From NCBI RefSeq assembly GCF_006345805.1, contig NC_043010.1:66278001-66342000 (forward strand): a stretch of 64,000 nucleotides of DNA. The letters run 5' to 3'. Numbering within the stretch: the stretch's first letter is position 1; each line of letters starts with the position of its first letter. Source of the stretch: Octopus sinensis (Eukaryota). The translations under genes and the position numbers were made by a program. Below, piece by piece: positions 63,445-64,000 of this stretch. The notes under the pieces are model-generated. The model had not been told where the DNA came from. It did no database searches and saw only the letters and a list, made by a program, of their open reading frames with translations.

Positions 63445-63900
63445 ATTTACATGTTGTCATACATGCGCACTGACATTGCACATCCAGCGGAGCATGCTGG
63501 CTTCATTTTGCTTTTTTAGGCCTTTGTATATCTTCTGCAATCACAACCCACATTTTGCTACTATATAAAATAGCTGTTTGGACACGAGCATCATACAATC
63601 TGCCTTTCACTCTGAGGGAGAAACCCTTTGTTACCAACAAAGGTAATAGCTCTCTGAACTTTGCCCAACTGGTTCTAATTCTAGCAACCATGCTTTCAGA
63701 GCATCCTCCACTGCTAACCTGGCTGCTTAGGTAAAGGGAACTGTCTGCTACCTGTGAAGATGTTCCTTAGCATTGGAGGAAATCTATTTCCTGTGTATTC
63801 TTAGTGATTATAGTTTCTGCGCATCTGCAACTCAAAGGCTACTTTCTCTGTTAACCTTCCTGTGATTCCTCTTCACCTCTTTACATGTCTACAGCTTGCA
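63445..63900 (-). mobile_element. RTE-clade LINE RT C-terminal relic
   Basis: GGGCSESMVARIRTSWAKFRELLPLLVTKGFSLRVKGRLYDARVQTAILYSSKMW resembles RTE RI..GW.KF.EL...L......KGRLY..CVR.A.LYGSETW. Confidence 0.85.
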
Positions 63901-64000
63901 CTGGGTACACCATACAGAATTTCTACTTAGACCTTTTTTTCTTACTTATCTATCTGGGCTGTTTCCCTGAAGGGATTAATAATTTGTCTGCTTTCTTGCT

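Overview
AT-rich, repeat-dense animal genomic DNA. The 5S sequence, the SINE repertoire and the (TA)n load suggest an octopod cephalopod (inference); nothing here is prokaryotic and there is no CRISPR array. Genic content: (1) the last five coding exons of UBLCP1 (+, 500-8716) with GT-AG junctions and matching phases; (2) a C2H2 zinc-finger gene exon (+, 29131-30306) with five fingers and a 1-nt frameshift in an Asn-coding AAC repeat; (3) a probable CpG-retaining promoter region near 50.7-51.6 kb. The rest is tRNA-derived SINEs, RTE and CR1 LINE relics, non-autonomous Helitrons, piggyBac/Tc1-pogo/hAT-type MITEs, foldback palindromes and micro/minisatellites. Nearly all long ORFs in the supplied track are repeat artefacts. 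SINE-A, -B and -C are my own working labels. Most interesting: a full-length 5S rRNA fused to a SINE 3' tail and inserted as one unit (SINE3-like chimera); that tail matches the 3' end of a CR1 LINE in the window; four tandem zinc fingers with identical L/G/N/K recognition residues that may read the (GAT)n tails of RTE retroposons; a degenerate minimal type-I hammerhead-like motif; and a 66-bp higher-order minisatellite grown from an RTE 3' UTR module. All alignments and folds were read by eye.
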